Shown in pieces: positions 39,493 through 52,120 of a stretch of 64,000 nt of DNA. The position numbers and the translations under genes are program-made. The stretch comes from Octopus sinensis (Eukaryota): contig NC_042998.1 in assembly GCF_006345805.1 (NCBI RefSeq), forward strand, positions 150,102,001 through 150,166,000, written 5' to 3'. The first letter of the stretch is position 1; the number at the start of each line of letters is the position of its first letter. A model generated the notes under the pieces. The model made no database searches. It saw only the letters and a program-made list of their open reading frames with translations, and was not told the origin of the DNA.

Positions 39493-40339
39493 TGCGCGCG
39501 CGCGTGCGTGTGTATCAATTACAGCAGTACTACCAGAACCTAAGGTTTCTTGCACAGATAACTTATCTCTGGAATCTTCAGTTATCGGATGAGACTTGAA
39601 GCTTAGTCGAGAAATGTTAAGTACGTTGCCAGTGTACGTGCCTGTGTGTGCGCACACGTGCTTGTATGCTAGTGTGAGTACGTGTGTGTTTGCTTGTGTA
39701 TGTATGCATGTATGTGTGTGTGTGTTTGCGTGTGTGCATGGATGTGTGTGAATATATGTGTTAAATATATATTTAAATGTATGCTCCCACTCTTCGTCAA
39801 TACGCATGTTAGTATTCATGGTTTTAATATATATACTAAGATTATTAAAATTCGTGACCTTGCGCGTGCGCACGCGTGTGTATGTGTGTGACAATAAAGC
39901 TAATACGTCCGCAATATTAAATTATCCTGCGTCTACATCACTATGTTTGTGTATGTGTCTCGACATTGACGCTGTTTGTGTATATGGCTCGACATTCGTG
40001 TAACGAGACTTTTGACCTCGTTCAGTAGAAAGGTAATAAGTCACTTCCATCAACATGGGTGCCGTGGCCTTCAGCAAGACACTCAATTCTATTTGGGTTC
40101 TATATTTCTAAAATGAAATCTGGCGGTATTTTTTTATATTAAAATTTAATGAAATTGGTTAAAAGGAGTTTAGTATTGACTGAAGAATTTTAATATATAT
40201 TTCATGTAAAGATGAGTGATTCTTCTCTTCATGTCACAGAAATGGTGTTTGGATGAGGGTGGAATTTTGAGAAACCACTTTTCTTTTCGTCTTACAAGAC
40301 GAAAAGAAAAGTGGTATGAGAAGTGACTGCGGGAATAGT

Positions 40340-40552
40340 GGTTTCAAATTTGGGCACGAGGCCGGCAATTTCGTGGTAAGAGTTAAGTCGATTACATCGA
40401 CCCTAGGTTTCGGCTGGTATTTTTTTTATCGATCCCGAAAGGATGAAAGGCAAGTCATCCTCGACGGAATTTGAACTCAAGATGTAAGGACGAACGAAAT
40501 TCCGCTAAGCATTTTGCCTGGCGTGCTAACGAGTCTGCCGGCTGGTTGCCTT
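40340..40552 (-). mobile_element. Family B SINE
   Basis: Reverse complement of the 5756-5975 copy. Confidence 0.85.
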
Positions 40553-41745
40553 TGACTGTAGGAACAGTAGAATTGTGACGCAAAAGGATGGGTATCACAT
40601 ACTAAATGGTTACCAAAAATTTGTAATTAATACAATTTTGGAATCGTAAAGAGAGCGATGGATTACGGAGCTTAGTATATTATCGTCGTCGTCAACAGTA
40701 TCACCACCACCACCACCACCATACCACCATTATCAATTATTGCCATCATTATCATTGTCGTCTTCATCATTATCAACGTCATTATTATTGTCATCGTCGT
40801 CGTCATCAGTATCATCGTCATCCTCATCATCATCATCTTCATCATCATCATCAAATTTTCCTTGTAACCCTAGTGATTGTCGAGCACCACTAAGTAGCTG
40901 GCATTTTCTCAGCAATTCCAGACAAGACACACAGGATTGGTTCGGCATTTACTTTCTCCAGCCCCACACCTGCAATTTGATTCACCAAGCTGTACGTTCT
41001 TTAGAAGACAATGCCATGTCTCGAAGGTCTTGATTTGATATTGAGTATTTGATCTGGGACTTACTTGATCGATGAAGTTATTTGATATGATTTGTGATAC
41101 GATTTTACCTCAACAACATATCAGAAGAAAAATACCTCAACGAAGAGGCAATCTGTTTCCTAAAAACAAAAACAATAGGGCTGCTCCACATAAATAACAG
41201 TGTGTTTTGAAAAACATTGAGTAATGGAGAATTACGTCACAACACTCCCTCTAGGAAGGTTTAAGATATAAAATGGAGCTAGAGTGATAACCCCATTAAA
41301 ATTAGTAATTCGAATATCTAAATAAGGATTTTGCCAACTGAATATAATTCATCGGAGACGCTTAATAATCCCTAGCCCATATACCAGAGTTAAATCTCTT
41401 TCATAACCAGACCAACTCTAACCTCTGTGTCTATAATGCTATATCACTATATCGCAAATTCGAGTGTGAAGTTACAATTTACATCGTTCCTTTTCAATGA
41501 CTATTGAAAAGGTTGCAAGGCGCCACGAAAATTATAGAAAAAATATATAAGCAAATAAGTGGAAATCGAACCAGCGAGTGTGTTAAATAATAAGACACCT
41601 AAAGAGAATGACTCTCCTCAGACACAATAAAATATGCTGCAACACACGAATTCATATAAAGACTATTGCAAACCAAATACAAAAATCAAATATATATATA
41701 TATAAAGTAATAAAGCTTATGCCCGGTCATAGAGTGTGTATGTAT

Positions 41746-41809
<64 letters not shown>

Positions 41810-42284
41810 TTATCAAATAACGAAGGCGGCTAGATGTAACATAAAACCAAAACGGGAAAAATTCAATTGCCCCTAATAATGACAGAGGCGGCAGGGTAGC
41901 ACCTACATAACTAGAAACTAGAGTCACAAAAAGCCACAAAAAGCACATTGTCTATGTACTGATATGGCAGATAACTGCCCCACATCGAGCGAGAATTCTA
42001 TACCAGCAAGCTAGTTTCTCATGGAATTAAAGCTCGTCGGTAGTGACCACTCGATCGCTGAAAGTAAAGGTAAATGTTACCTGTCAGTATATAGTATTTA
42101 CCATATGAAACAATGACTGATTCAGCAAAATGGTAATGTGAAAATTATAACATAACGAAGGTGGCTAGACGTAATATAACACCAAAAAGGACTAATAGTA
42201 ACTGAGGGTGTAGAGTAGCTTCTACATTGCTAGAAACAAGAGTCAAGGACCCTTATAGTCACAAAAAGTACATTCTATGACAAG

Positions 42285-42317
<33 letters not shown>

Positions 42318-42321
<4 letters not shown>

Positions 42322-42729
42322 CAAAGCTGAAGTTGTCTGTGTTTGTGTTTTTGTGTTGTAGTTTTGGTAGCCTTCAACAAACGCTATCTCCTCCGAGACT
42401 CTACGGCACAAGTTGACCAAAATTGAGAGTATGATACTTGCTCTTTATTCCGCAGAAGAAAACATTCAAATTGAACCACGTTGAGACCAAAAATTATTTA
42501 CATCAAAAAGGTTTTTTTTTTCTATGAAAATCACTATTTTTTTAATGACTTTTTGACTGCTGTGTCGCTATTTTTCAATGTGTTTCAACAGAATAACAAG
42601 CTACAATAATGTTAAATTTTTACTTTTCAAAAAAGATTGAAACTATGTCAAAACTTTGTTAACGTGACAATAAAGTCAGCCGTTTTAAGCGCAACTAAAA
42701 ACAAACCCGAGCAACGCCGGGCTATACTG

Positions 42730-42732
<3 letters not shown>
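42318..42732 (+). mobile_element. Non-autonomous Helitron-like element
   Basis: 5' AAAGCTGAAGTTGTCTG; 3' hairpin CCCGAGCAACGCCGGG followed by CTATACTGCTA, running into (TA)n. Confidence 0.65.
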
Positions 42733-42813
<81 letters not shown>

Positions 42814-42838
42814 TGTATGTATATATATATGTATTATA

Positions 42839-42917
<79 letters not shown>

Positions 42918-42996
42918 GTATATATTTGTATGTATATATATGTATGTATATTTTATATATATATATATATACTTTATTTTAAGCAGCAGAAAATTC

Positions 42997-43050
42997 AACA
43001 AAATCTGTTACTCTGAGTTTCTCGTTGCCGTTCATCAGACAGTTTTTGCT
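42997..43050 (-). ncRNA. Minimal type I hammerhead ribozyme (left arm copy)
   Basis: Reverse complement of 46284-46337. Confidence 0.8.
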
Positions 43051-44046
43051 AGAATGGAACATATATATAAATTCAATCTATACTCTTACAAACGCTACAC
43101 TTTAAAAGAAATGGACTTGTTTGATTGGCCCTTTTGAAAAAACGGTCAATCTTCGAGCGATAAACAAAAAGGTCAAAAATATATGTATATATATATAAAA
43201 AAACTTATAAAAATTATAAAATCCGAGGAAAAAACCGAGGAAAAAACCTATTGCCGTTAATGAAGACAGTACAAATTAATGCATAGAAATTAAACCTGTT
43301 ATAAATACTGCAATACATATTTATATTAAAATCCACATATATATATCAACATACACAAAAGGATGCGCGTAAACGCCATACATACATATACAGACGTATG
43401 AATATGAATCTAAATTATACACATAAAATCATGTGTACATATATCCACGCAAACCGTCTCGCACGCAAGCTAAAATTCATCTATGTAGCAATTCTCATAT
43501 ACTGAGCAAGGACGGGGAACGAAAGAAAGGGAAAGAGAGAAAAAGGAACGAAGGAGGGGTAGGGAAAAAACTTGTAGCGATATTATTGGCATCTATAGAG
43601 GCCAGTATACATACACAAGTTTGAATTGATACATATACATACCGTCGTGTGTATGCGTGCTTAAGCACAAGCATACTTTCACTTACACATACACAGATAC
43701 GCATGCTTACAAATACATATGCTTTGCTATACACAAACTTATATAAACATTCTAAATTTGACAACATTGCTTTTTTAAAAAAACATTGCTTTTAAAAAAT
43801 GGGTGCATTAATAAAAATATATACGAAAGACATAAAATAAAATATAACATCCTATTTTGGGTCATTTATAAATAATCAAGGTAATATAAATAATCAAGGT
43901 AATCTTATGCAATACAATAACATGAAAACAAAGTTTGTAGGTTTTTCCTAATATATATGTAGAAACAATAAGACTTTGCTATAGGTCCGTCGTAGCGCTC
44001 AAGAGTCAAAATCAAAATCAAAAAATCAAAATACAAAATATATACT

Positions 44047-44638
44047 CTATCCATATGGTATATTTATATTCGACATTTTAAATTTAGCCGCGTGCCTACA
44101 TAAGTTCATTAACTCACTTCTTTGATTCAAAGAATTATTGTCTTTGAATAATATGTGCATTTTCTCTAATAAGCAAAGCTTGCACTTGAAATTATATTTG
44201 TAAGCTCCATGCCTGTATGGTGCCGCCCTGTCCAGAATGCTCCATGTCACGTTGAAAGGTGGGGCTTCCTTTTCTTTTAGTTCCCAGACATATTTTGCTA
44301 GGCTGGTTTTCTTCCTATTCTCTGGGTATTTAAAAGAATTCTTATGAGAATAAAATCTTGTTTTAAATGAATTCTCTGAAGCCCCTGTGTATGTCTTGTA
44401 TTCCGATGAGCCTTCCACTTGCACCTTGGCTCTATAAACTACTCCTTTCACTAGACATTTCCCTTCTAACGGACAGGAGCTTTCGTTTTTGAAATTACAT
44501 TTCTTAATGGGCTCGGCACCATGTCTAATCTCAATTAGCTTCCTATTATGTTGGCTAATGTAAGAGGCGAAATTTCTGCAACAAGAATAGCTAACCTTCA
44601 GGGTTCTTCTATTAAATATTCTGTAGAATTTATGACCC
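44047..44638 (-). pseudogene. Penelope GIY-YIG endonuclease coding region, left arm (134-aa ORF 44047-44451)
   Basis: GVVY-x-TYTG motif, conserved R/H, C-terminal CxxC. Confidence 0.85.
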
Positions 44639-44640
44639 GT

Positions 44641-45285
44641 AAAGACTATTATAGGTAAGGAATTTTTGAGATTAGTCTCTAAGCATTTTAAGCAGGGTCA
44701 TAAATTCTACAGAATATTTAATAGAAGAACCCTGAAGGTTAGCTATTCTTGTTGCAGAAATTTCGCCTCTTACATTAGCCAACATAATAGGAAGCTAATT
44801 GAGATTAGACATGGTGCCGAGCCCATTAAGAAATGTAATTTCAAAAACGAAAGCTCCTGTCCGTTAGAAGGGAAATGTCTAGTGAAAGGAGTAGTTTATA
44901 GAGCCAAGGTGCAAGTGGAAGGCTCATCGGATACAAGACATACACAGGGGCTTCAGAAAATTCATTTAAAACAAGATTTTATTCTCATAAGAATTCTTTT
45001 AAATACCCAGAGAATAGGAAGAAAACCAGCCTAGCAAAATATGTCTGGGAACTAAAAGAAAAGGAAGCCCCACCTTTCAACGTGACATGGAGCATTCTGG
45101 ACAGGGCGGCACCATACAGGCATGGAGCTTACAAATATAATTTCAAGTGCAAGCTTTGCTTATTAGAGAAAATGCACATATTATTCAAAGACAATAATTC
45201 TTTGAATCAAAGAAGTGAGTTAATGAACTTATGTAGGCACGCGGCTAAATTTAAAATGTCGAATATAAATATACCATATGGATAG
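44641..45285 (+). pseudogene. Penelope linker and GIY-YIG region, right arm (1-bp frameshift near 44930)
   Basis: Same protein as the left arm; CTCATCGGATACAAG lacks one A relative to the left arm. Confidence 0.85.
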
Positions 45286-46283
45286 AGTATATATTTTGTA
45301 TTTTGATTTTTTGATTTTGATTTTGACTCTTGAGCGCTACGACGGACCTATAGCAAAGTCTTATTGTTTCTACATATATATTAGGAAAAACCTACAAACT
45401 TTGTTTTCATGTTATTGTATTGCATAAGATTACCTTGATTATTTATATTACCTTGATTATTTATAAATGACCCAAAATAGGATGTTATATTTTATTTTAT
45501 ATGTCTTTCGTATATATTTTTATTAATGCACCCATTTTTTAAAAGCAATGTTTTTTAAAAAAGCAATGTTGTCAAATTTAGAATGTTTATATAAGTTTGT
45601 GTATAGCAAAGCATATGTATTTGTAAGCATGCGTATCTGTGTATGTGTAAGTGAAAGTATGCTTGTGCTTAAGCACGCATACACACGACGGTATGTATAT
45701 GTATCAATTCAAACTTGTGTATGTATACTGGCCTCTATAGATGCCAATAATATCGCTACAAGTTTTTTCCCTACCCCTCCTTCGTTCCTTTTTCTCTCTT
45801 TCCCTTTCTTTCGTTCCCCGTCCTTGCTCAGTATATGAGAATGCTACATAGATGAAGTTTAGCTTGCGTGCGAGACGGTTTGCGTGGATATATGTACACA
45901 TGATTTTATGTGTATAATTTAGATTCATATTCATACGTCTGTATATGTATGTATGGCGTTTACGCGCATCCTTTTGTGTATGTTGATATATATATGTGGA
46001 TTTTAATATAAATATGTATTGCAGTATTTATAACAGGTTTAATTTCTATGCATTAATTTGTACTGTCTTCATTAACGGCAATAGGTTTTTTCCTCGGTTT
46101 TTTCCTCGGATTTTATAATTTTTATAAGTTTTTTTATATATATATACATATATTTTTGACCTTTTTGTTTATCGCTCGAAGATTGACCGTTTTTTCAAAA
46201 GGGCCAATCAAACAAGTCCATTTCTTTTTAAAGGTGTAGCGTTTGTAAGAGTATAGATTGAATTTATATATATGTTCCATTCT

Positions 46284-46337
46284 AGCAAAAACTGTCTGAT
46301 GAACGGCAACGAGAAACTCAGAGTAACAGATTTTGTT
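46284..46337 (+). ncRNA. Minimal type I hammerhead ribozyme (right arm copy)
   Basis: Stem I GCAAAA(A)CUGU/ACAG(A)UUUUGU; CUGAUGA; tiny helix II CG-GCAA-CG; GAAA; near-palindromic helix III ACUC-A-GAGU; predicted cleavage after GUA at 46325. Confidence 0.8.
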
Positions 46338-46433
46338 GAATTTTCTGCTGCTTAAAATAAAGCATATTACTCTACCACTGGTATTTGAGTACTCTTTTTT
46401 CCACCTTGTTTCACATTTATGTGTTTACTCCGG

Positions 46434-46468
<35 letters not shown>

Positions 46469-46700
46469 GCATGTATGTATGTATATATATATATATATTT
46501 ATATATATATGTATATATATATATTTATATATATATATGTATATATATATATTTATATATATATATATGTATATATATATATTTATATATATATATATAT
46601 ATAACCAGGTGGTGCTATTAAGTAACCAGGTGGTGCTATTAAGTTAGACATGGCCTGGGCCAATAATGGCCGAAACCTATCAAAGTATCAAAGTATCAAA

Positions 46701-46736
<36 letters not shown>

Positions 46737-47128
46737 CTAGCAGTATCGCCCGGCGTTGCTCGGGTTTGTAAGGGAAATAACTATATAAGCATTTTTAGAG
46801 ATGTAAAGTATAATACCCATCTCAATATGGTTAACCACAAAGGGGGGGTGTTACTGTAGCTTTTTACGTTCTGAGATTTAATGATAAATTTTTAGAGAGT
46901 TACTTCCCTTATATATGCCAAAAATGCATTAAAATGGGAAAATTGATGGTAAATCTTTTTTTAAATCATAGACTCATCGTAGACGCGCGCTAATACCCAG
47001 ATGGGCTCGATATGAATCACGACTATAAGATACCCGGTTTTGGTTAAACTGCACCGCAAAATGTGGGAGTAGTTAGGAATCTAAATCGTAGGAGACAGAC
47101 AGCACACAACCTCACTTTTATATATAAA
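46737..47128 (-). mobile_element. Non-autonomous Helitron-like element
   Basis: On the minus strand: 5' TATATATAAAAGTGAGGTTGTG and 3' hairpin CCCGAGCAACGCCGGG followed by terminal CTAG. Confidence 0.75.
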
Positions 47129-47146
47129 TATATACATATATATATA

Positions 47147-47192
<46 letters not shown>

Positions 47193-47236
47193 TTATTTGA
47201 TAATATATATTATGTTGTGAGTTACTATATATATAT

Positions 47237-47351
47237 ATGCGATGAAAACAACTCAGACGACATTTTATAACACGCCTGGCCCTAGAGCCTAGGGATTGCA
47301 TGAAGGCACCAGACGTGTTATAAAATGATGTCTGGGATGTTTTCATCGCAT
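47237..47351. repeat. 115-bp near-complete hairpin
   Basis: ATGCGATGAAAACA...CATTTTATAACACG...CCCTAG-AGC-CTAGGG...CGTGTTATAAAATG...TGTTTTCATCGCAT. Confidence 0.85.
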
Positions 47352-47579
47352 GAAACAATTAGTAGCTCATGAAAATATGTATTATATTTATTAAATAATA
47401 TTTTTCGCTCACCCGATGGAGTATTCTTTTTGTTGATCTCAGCATTACGGAACAGTACACTACACACACACACACAAATATATATATATATATGAATAGA
47501 TGTTTCAGTTGATCTTATCAACAGAACAACCCATTCTTGAAATTAACGTACAAGAGCCTCAGCACTCCATTAATACTCG

Positions 47580-47611
<32 letters not shown>

Positions 47612-49092
47612 GGCGTAGAATATTTCTAGCCTGAAAGATTGTCATGTATACTTGTCCCATTATTGTTCTATCAAAGCATAAAACTTATTGCAGCTCACAT
47701 TTAAATCCTGTGTTTATTAAATGATAATAAACAGTTGATGCAGTATATTGTTGTTTATCTCACCAATAGCGGAACAGCATGCACACACGCACACCCACAC
47801 ATTATCTTATATTCCGTAAAGGCTATAGGCATGCTCACTGGCTGGTATTCGTCTTATATTTCTTTTCCATAAAATATTTTCCACGACACGAAACGTTTGT
47901 TTTTGTAAATGGGTATATTCTCAAATATTTTTAATTTTTAAGTTATTTTACTCTGTCATATTTCATCTCTGTGGTGCGTGTGTTTATTTACTTGTAAATC
48001 TATTTTCATCCCCTGAAAATATAACGTTCCATGTTAGCTCTGCTTTAACAACCGCTCATTCTCTGATACAAATGTAGCGACTGACCACAGATTCACATCG
48101 TTCCCAATATCTCTTATCATCGTCTTTGCATTTCTCTGCCACATATAACGTGAACACAAATGTAAGGCAGAGTGTTTGCGTTGGGTAAAAAAGTGGATGC
48201 CATACACTTACCCCAGTCGATTGGGGAGAATTTCTCCCCACATTTGATGCAGTGCGTTTTCTCAGTGCTGTTTCAGCGCTAATTGAAAACGTTTTTAAAA
48301 TAGTTATATTTTTCTTTGCTCCCTTTCACACATACTCACTCAGTCAGTCAGTCACTCACTCACTCACTCTCTCTTATTATCTCTCTCTTTCTGCACCCCC
48401 CTCTCTCTCTGTCTCTCTCTCGCTCTCGCTCTGTCTCTGTAGCAAAGAGATACTGTCTAGTTTTACAAAATTCTCCCAATTAAAACTTTTTCAAGGCATT
48501 AAATCTAAAAATTCTGTTTCTGAGACGACAGGCAAAAATAACTTTTTTTCACAATTAATATATGAATGGTTTAATATGTTAGTCTTCGCACAAGTGCTGT
48601 TGTTGCTAGTTAGACTGTTTGAAATATTTTCTTCTGTGAATTATTCATTAAAATCTTCCTTATTTTCTATTTGTTCATTGAATGCTGTAATTTGTTTTGG
48701 TACTTTTCCGAAGTTTGTGTAATATTTTGCTTCGTAAGGCGGGGGTATTTCGTAGGCAATTTGAACATATAAAGTCACAATATATAAGCAAATAACGACT
48801 ATAAAAAAAATTAACATGTTTTCTTTTTGTTTTTGTTTATCCCTGGGTATCGGGTGGTGGGACAAATCGTTGTTAGGTAAATAACTTCCTTTCTACCAAA
48901 TAGTTCAGAGAGGATTTTGCTTTTGGTATTAAAGCTTGAAATAAACTCGTATCATAGAAATAAATGGAAAACACTTCCAACATACAAGAACCTATAATAA
49001 TAATGATGGTGATGATGACGTTGATGATGACGACAAAGACAACAACAACAACAACAACAACATCAACAATAATAATAATAATAATAATAATG

Positions 49093-49169
<77 letters not shown>

Positions 49170-49170
<1 letters not shown>

Positions 49171-50400
49171 GAAAGAGAATATACAAAAAAAGATAAAATT
49201 GAAAAAAAAGAATTCCGAAAAAATGTAAATAATAAGAGAAAGGACTTCCCAATCGTTAATGAACAAATACTTCAGGAAAACAAAATAACAAAACAAACTA
49301 TGAACTTGAAATCAAAGAACTACTAAAACAAGAGATCTTTGTTAAATCTCAAAGAATATGTCGGTATGAAAAATGCCAACGATTTGAACAAAATAGACTG
49401 CTCGGCTCCAACCCAATACGATTCCGTGAAGAACTGTATAAGAATATAATTGAAGTCAACACAGTGCCAGCAGCAAGAGAAGTAGAAGGATTTATATTTA
49501 CGGTGACTACAAGGTGGTAGGGGTCTTATACAACTAGAAAACCATTACAAAATATCCGTAGTAGGACTAAAAAAAATTATCCTCTGCAAAATCATAGAAC
49601 ATTAATACAAACAGCTATGAAACAGGAACAACATAAAATAAACTATTTTCTGTCGTCGACGAAGCCACACAATACAAAACGGAGACTGCAATAACAGATA
49701 ATTGTGAAAAAAAGAAAAAAACGAGAGACAACAGAAATAGCAAAATTGCTAGAAAGCCAAGTAAAATTGGAACTAGAGAATAGTATGGTAAAATGATTCA
49801 AAGAAAACCCTTACCTGACCAAGACAAGAGGAACCGGCGTAGAAATAAACAAAGAAAACTCCCAAACATGTTTGAGAAGAGCAGGACTCAAACGAAGTCC
49901 AAAGTCTTCCCATTTGAGAAACCACAAAAGGACAAAAGTTTTCTCGCTAGAGAAACCACCAAAAGTATATAATGAAATAAAATACAACACTAATTGCAGA
50001 ATAAGGAGAAATGAAGAAGAATCGATAAATCTTATCACGAGCAGCCCTGTTTGTAACTAAGTAAGAATACACCCATAGACATGATAGAATTGCACCAGCA
50101 CTATGGAAAGCCAAAAGAGGTGGTATGGACATACATTAGAAAAACTCTCAGTAAATAGTAAAACAAAGTTATGCCACCAACAGAGTGGTCATAGTCAAAT
50201 GATCTGATGTTGTTGTCAAGGACTACCTGAAAAAGATGTCTCCTACTCGACAGAGCAGTTCTAGCAGATGGTAATGTATCTCTGAAAGATTTGGAGAAAT
50301 GAGCCAAGTATTAAGACATGAAAACAGGGAAAACCCAAATGTGGAGCCTAAAAACAAAAACAATCCCTAGAACAATAGGTGCTTTTGGAATAATCAAAAG
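49170..50400 (+). mobile_element. Heavily decayed R4/Dong-like LINE 3' half following (AAT)n
   Basis: QGGRGLIQLE, LRRAGLK, EESINLITSS...YTHRHDRIA and IGAFGII remnants appear in the expected order. Confidence 0.65.
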
Positions 50401-51400
50401 GCATAACCAGAACTCCTAACCATGCATGGAGTCAATATCATCCACGTTGCAGACAATGACCTTCTATACATGAAGAGAGCAAATGAAGAAAGGGGATAGA
50501 CAAGTGTGGAAGATTGCGTAGATATTGAACATGGGATATGGCTGAGACATCTAACCAAAAGTGATGAAACCTTGCTAGTGGCAGTTAGAGACGAGGACAT
50601 ATTGAAAGCAGGGGAAAAGAAAAGAACAAAGCAAGAATTACACGAAGGACATGAAGAAGCACTGCGCAACAAAGAGCTACAATATCAATTTTTTGTAGCC
50701 ACAACTGAAGCTGCTGGTGAACGTAGGTGGGGCTTTTAAAGAAAGGAAAAATTAAAAAGGAAACTGTGTGTACTTTACTCACAGCGCAAGACCAAATTGG
50801 AGGGTCAGTTTTAGAAATGAACGAGTGTCTCCGTCGTATCGAATAGATAATTAATTTGCTGTAATGAATTTAAGTCATAATCTAAATGAATCTCCTACAT
50901 TTACTCAAAACGAGCATAAGTTTTGACATCAGGATGGGGTAGCGAAATTTCAGCATTGGAAACTGTGTGGAAAGTGGTTAGGGAATGGAAAGTGGTTAGA
51001 GAGTGGAAAGTGGTTAAGCAGTGGTAAAACATGGCATGACTACAAGCCACAAAGCGACTGAGTCGGAGACTTGCAAACTCCTATGAGAGTTTCCAGTTCA
51101 AACGGACTAGGTGTTTGAGCACAACGAACTGGACTTGTTGTGGCTGATAAGGTAAACAGCATGTGTTCTATAATTGATATTACATGCCCATTTGATCGAC
51201 TGATAGTTATGAAGAAAGGCGAGAAAGTAGGCGCGTATAATCCTCTTCAATAGGAGATAGCCAAATTGTGGAAGACGAAAACTTGGAAGATGATGCCGAT
51301 TATTCCTGGGATCTTGGAGACAGTATCAAAAGATATTGAGAAGATCATAAAGAAAATGGAAATAGTGTCTAGTAGAGCTGTTGTAAAAAGCTTGCCCCCT
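50400..51400 (+). mobile_element. Further R4/Dong-like fragments
   Basis: VEDCVDIEH after a DxLYMKRxxxxRG-like stretch, then GLVVADK..IIDITCPFD and EIAKLWK remnants. Confidence 0.6.
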
Positions 51401-51574
51401 TAGCATTATATAGTTGAGGAAAACAAATAGAATGGTACCATAGATTGCAAGTTGCAGACCCGCCATTCAATCAAGATCCCAGAAGTTTCAACAAAAGTTG
51501 AGTTAAAAGAATAGAGGATGATGGTGATGATAATGACGATGATTACGACGACGACGACGACGACAGTGACAAAA

Positions 51575-52120
51575 GCACTGGCTCTCGTTGTTTCTCATCT
51601 TAACTGGTTGGAAGTATTATCATGTACATTGTTTTGTCTTGGTATAAAAGATGGGCTACAGCAAATATTCTGCTCAATGCCACATATTTGTTTGTCAGTT
51701 GTTTGATCTTTATCAGCTGAGCATGTCCTTTGGTGGCTGACGGTATGTGCATCTTTGATCACGAGCAGAAATAGTGGAAGAGCATCATAGAGAGGTTATT
51801 TGGGTTCTTTGGAGTTTGAATAATTCACCTCTGGAAACATGGGTGTTTCATTCAACATCCTTAAACAATCCTTATTCAAGGACCTTTTGAGCGGGATGGG
51901 CTACTCAGCCTGAAGAAAATTCTAATTGGGTCCCACCTGCAAGGTCATGCGCTGTTTATCTTGATATAAGATCATCATGCCGTACACATCTGGTTGTGAT
52001 GCATATGCCTGGTGTATTATGAGACGGGTAGTCATGATGGGTATACTGGGCTTTGTATATTTTACCCCAGTGTCACCTTGATGACATGCACTGCTCTTTC
52101 ACTCAAAAATAATAATAATG
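51575..52120 (+). repeat. Unclassified non-coding interspersed repeat-like segment ending in an (AAT)n tail
   Basis: Higher-complexity block ending GCACTGCTCTTTCACTCAAAAATAATAATAAT; no ORF similarity seen; repeat status is inferred. Confidence 0.4.

Larger units (their letters stand above)
42972..46433. mobile_element. Penelope-like element arranged as a 3.4-kb palindrome (arms 42972-44638 and 44695-46362, 56-bp spacer, short 3' extension on the right)
   Basis: Near-identical inverted arms; ORF pieces HKFYRIFNRRTLKVSYSC, CPLEGKC, GVVYRAKV...TYTGASENSFKTRFYSH and CKLCLLEK; the spacer continues the plus-strand ORF. Confidence 0.93.

Noticed and set aside
42972-46362. Palindrome as a pure fold-back sequencing artefact
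   Set aside because: Judged unlikely: the outer flanks differ, the spacer is in-frame element sequence and the right-only 3' extension fits Penelope biology. It is not excluded without reads.
46604-46705. 21-bp tandem duplication, TATCAAAG x3 and a GGCC-AATAAT-GGCC-GAAAC stem
   Set aside because: It may be a broken hammerhead remnant, but the CUGANGA box is missing; too degraded to call.
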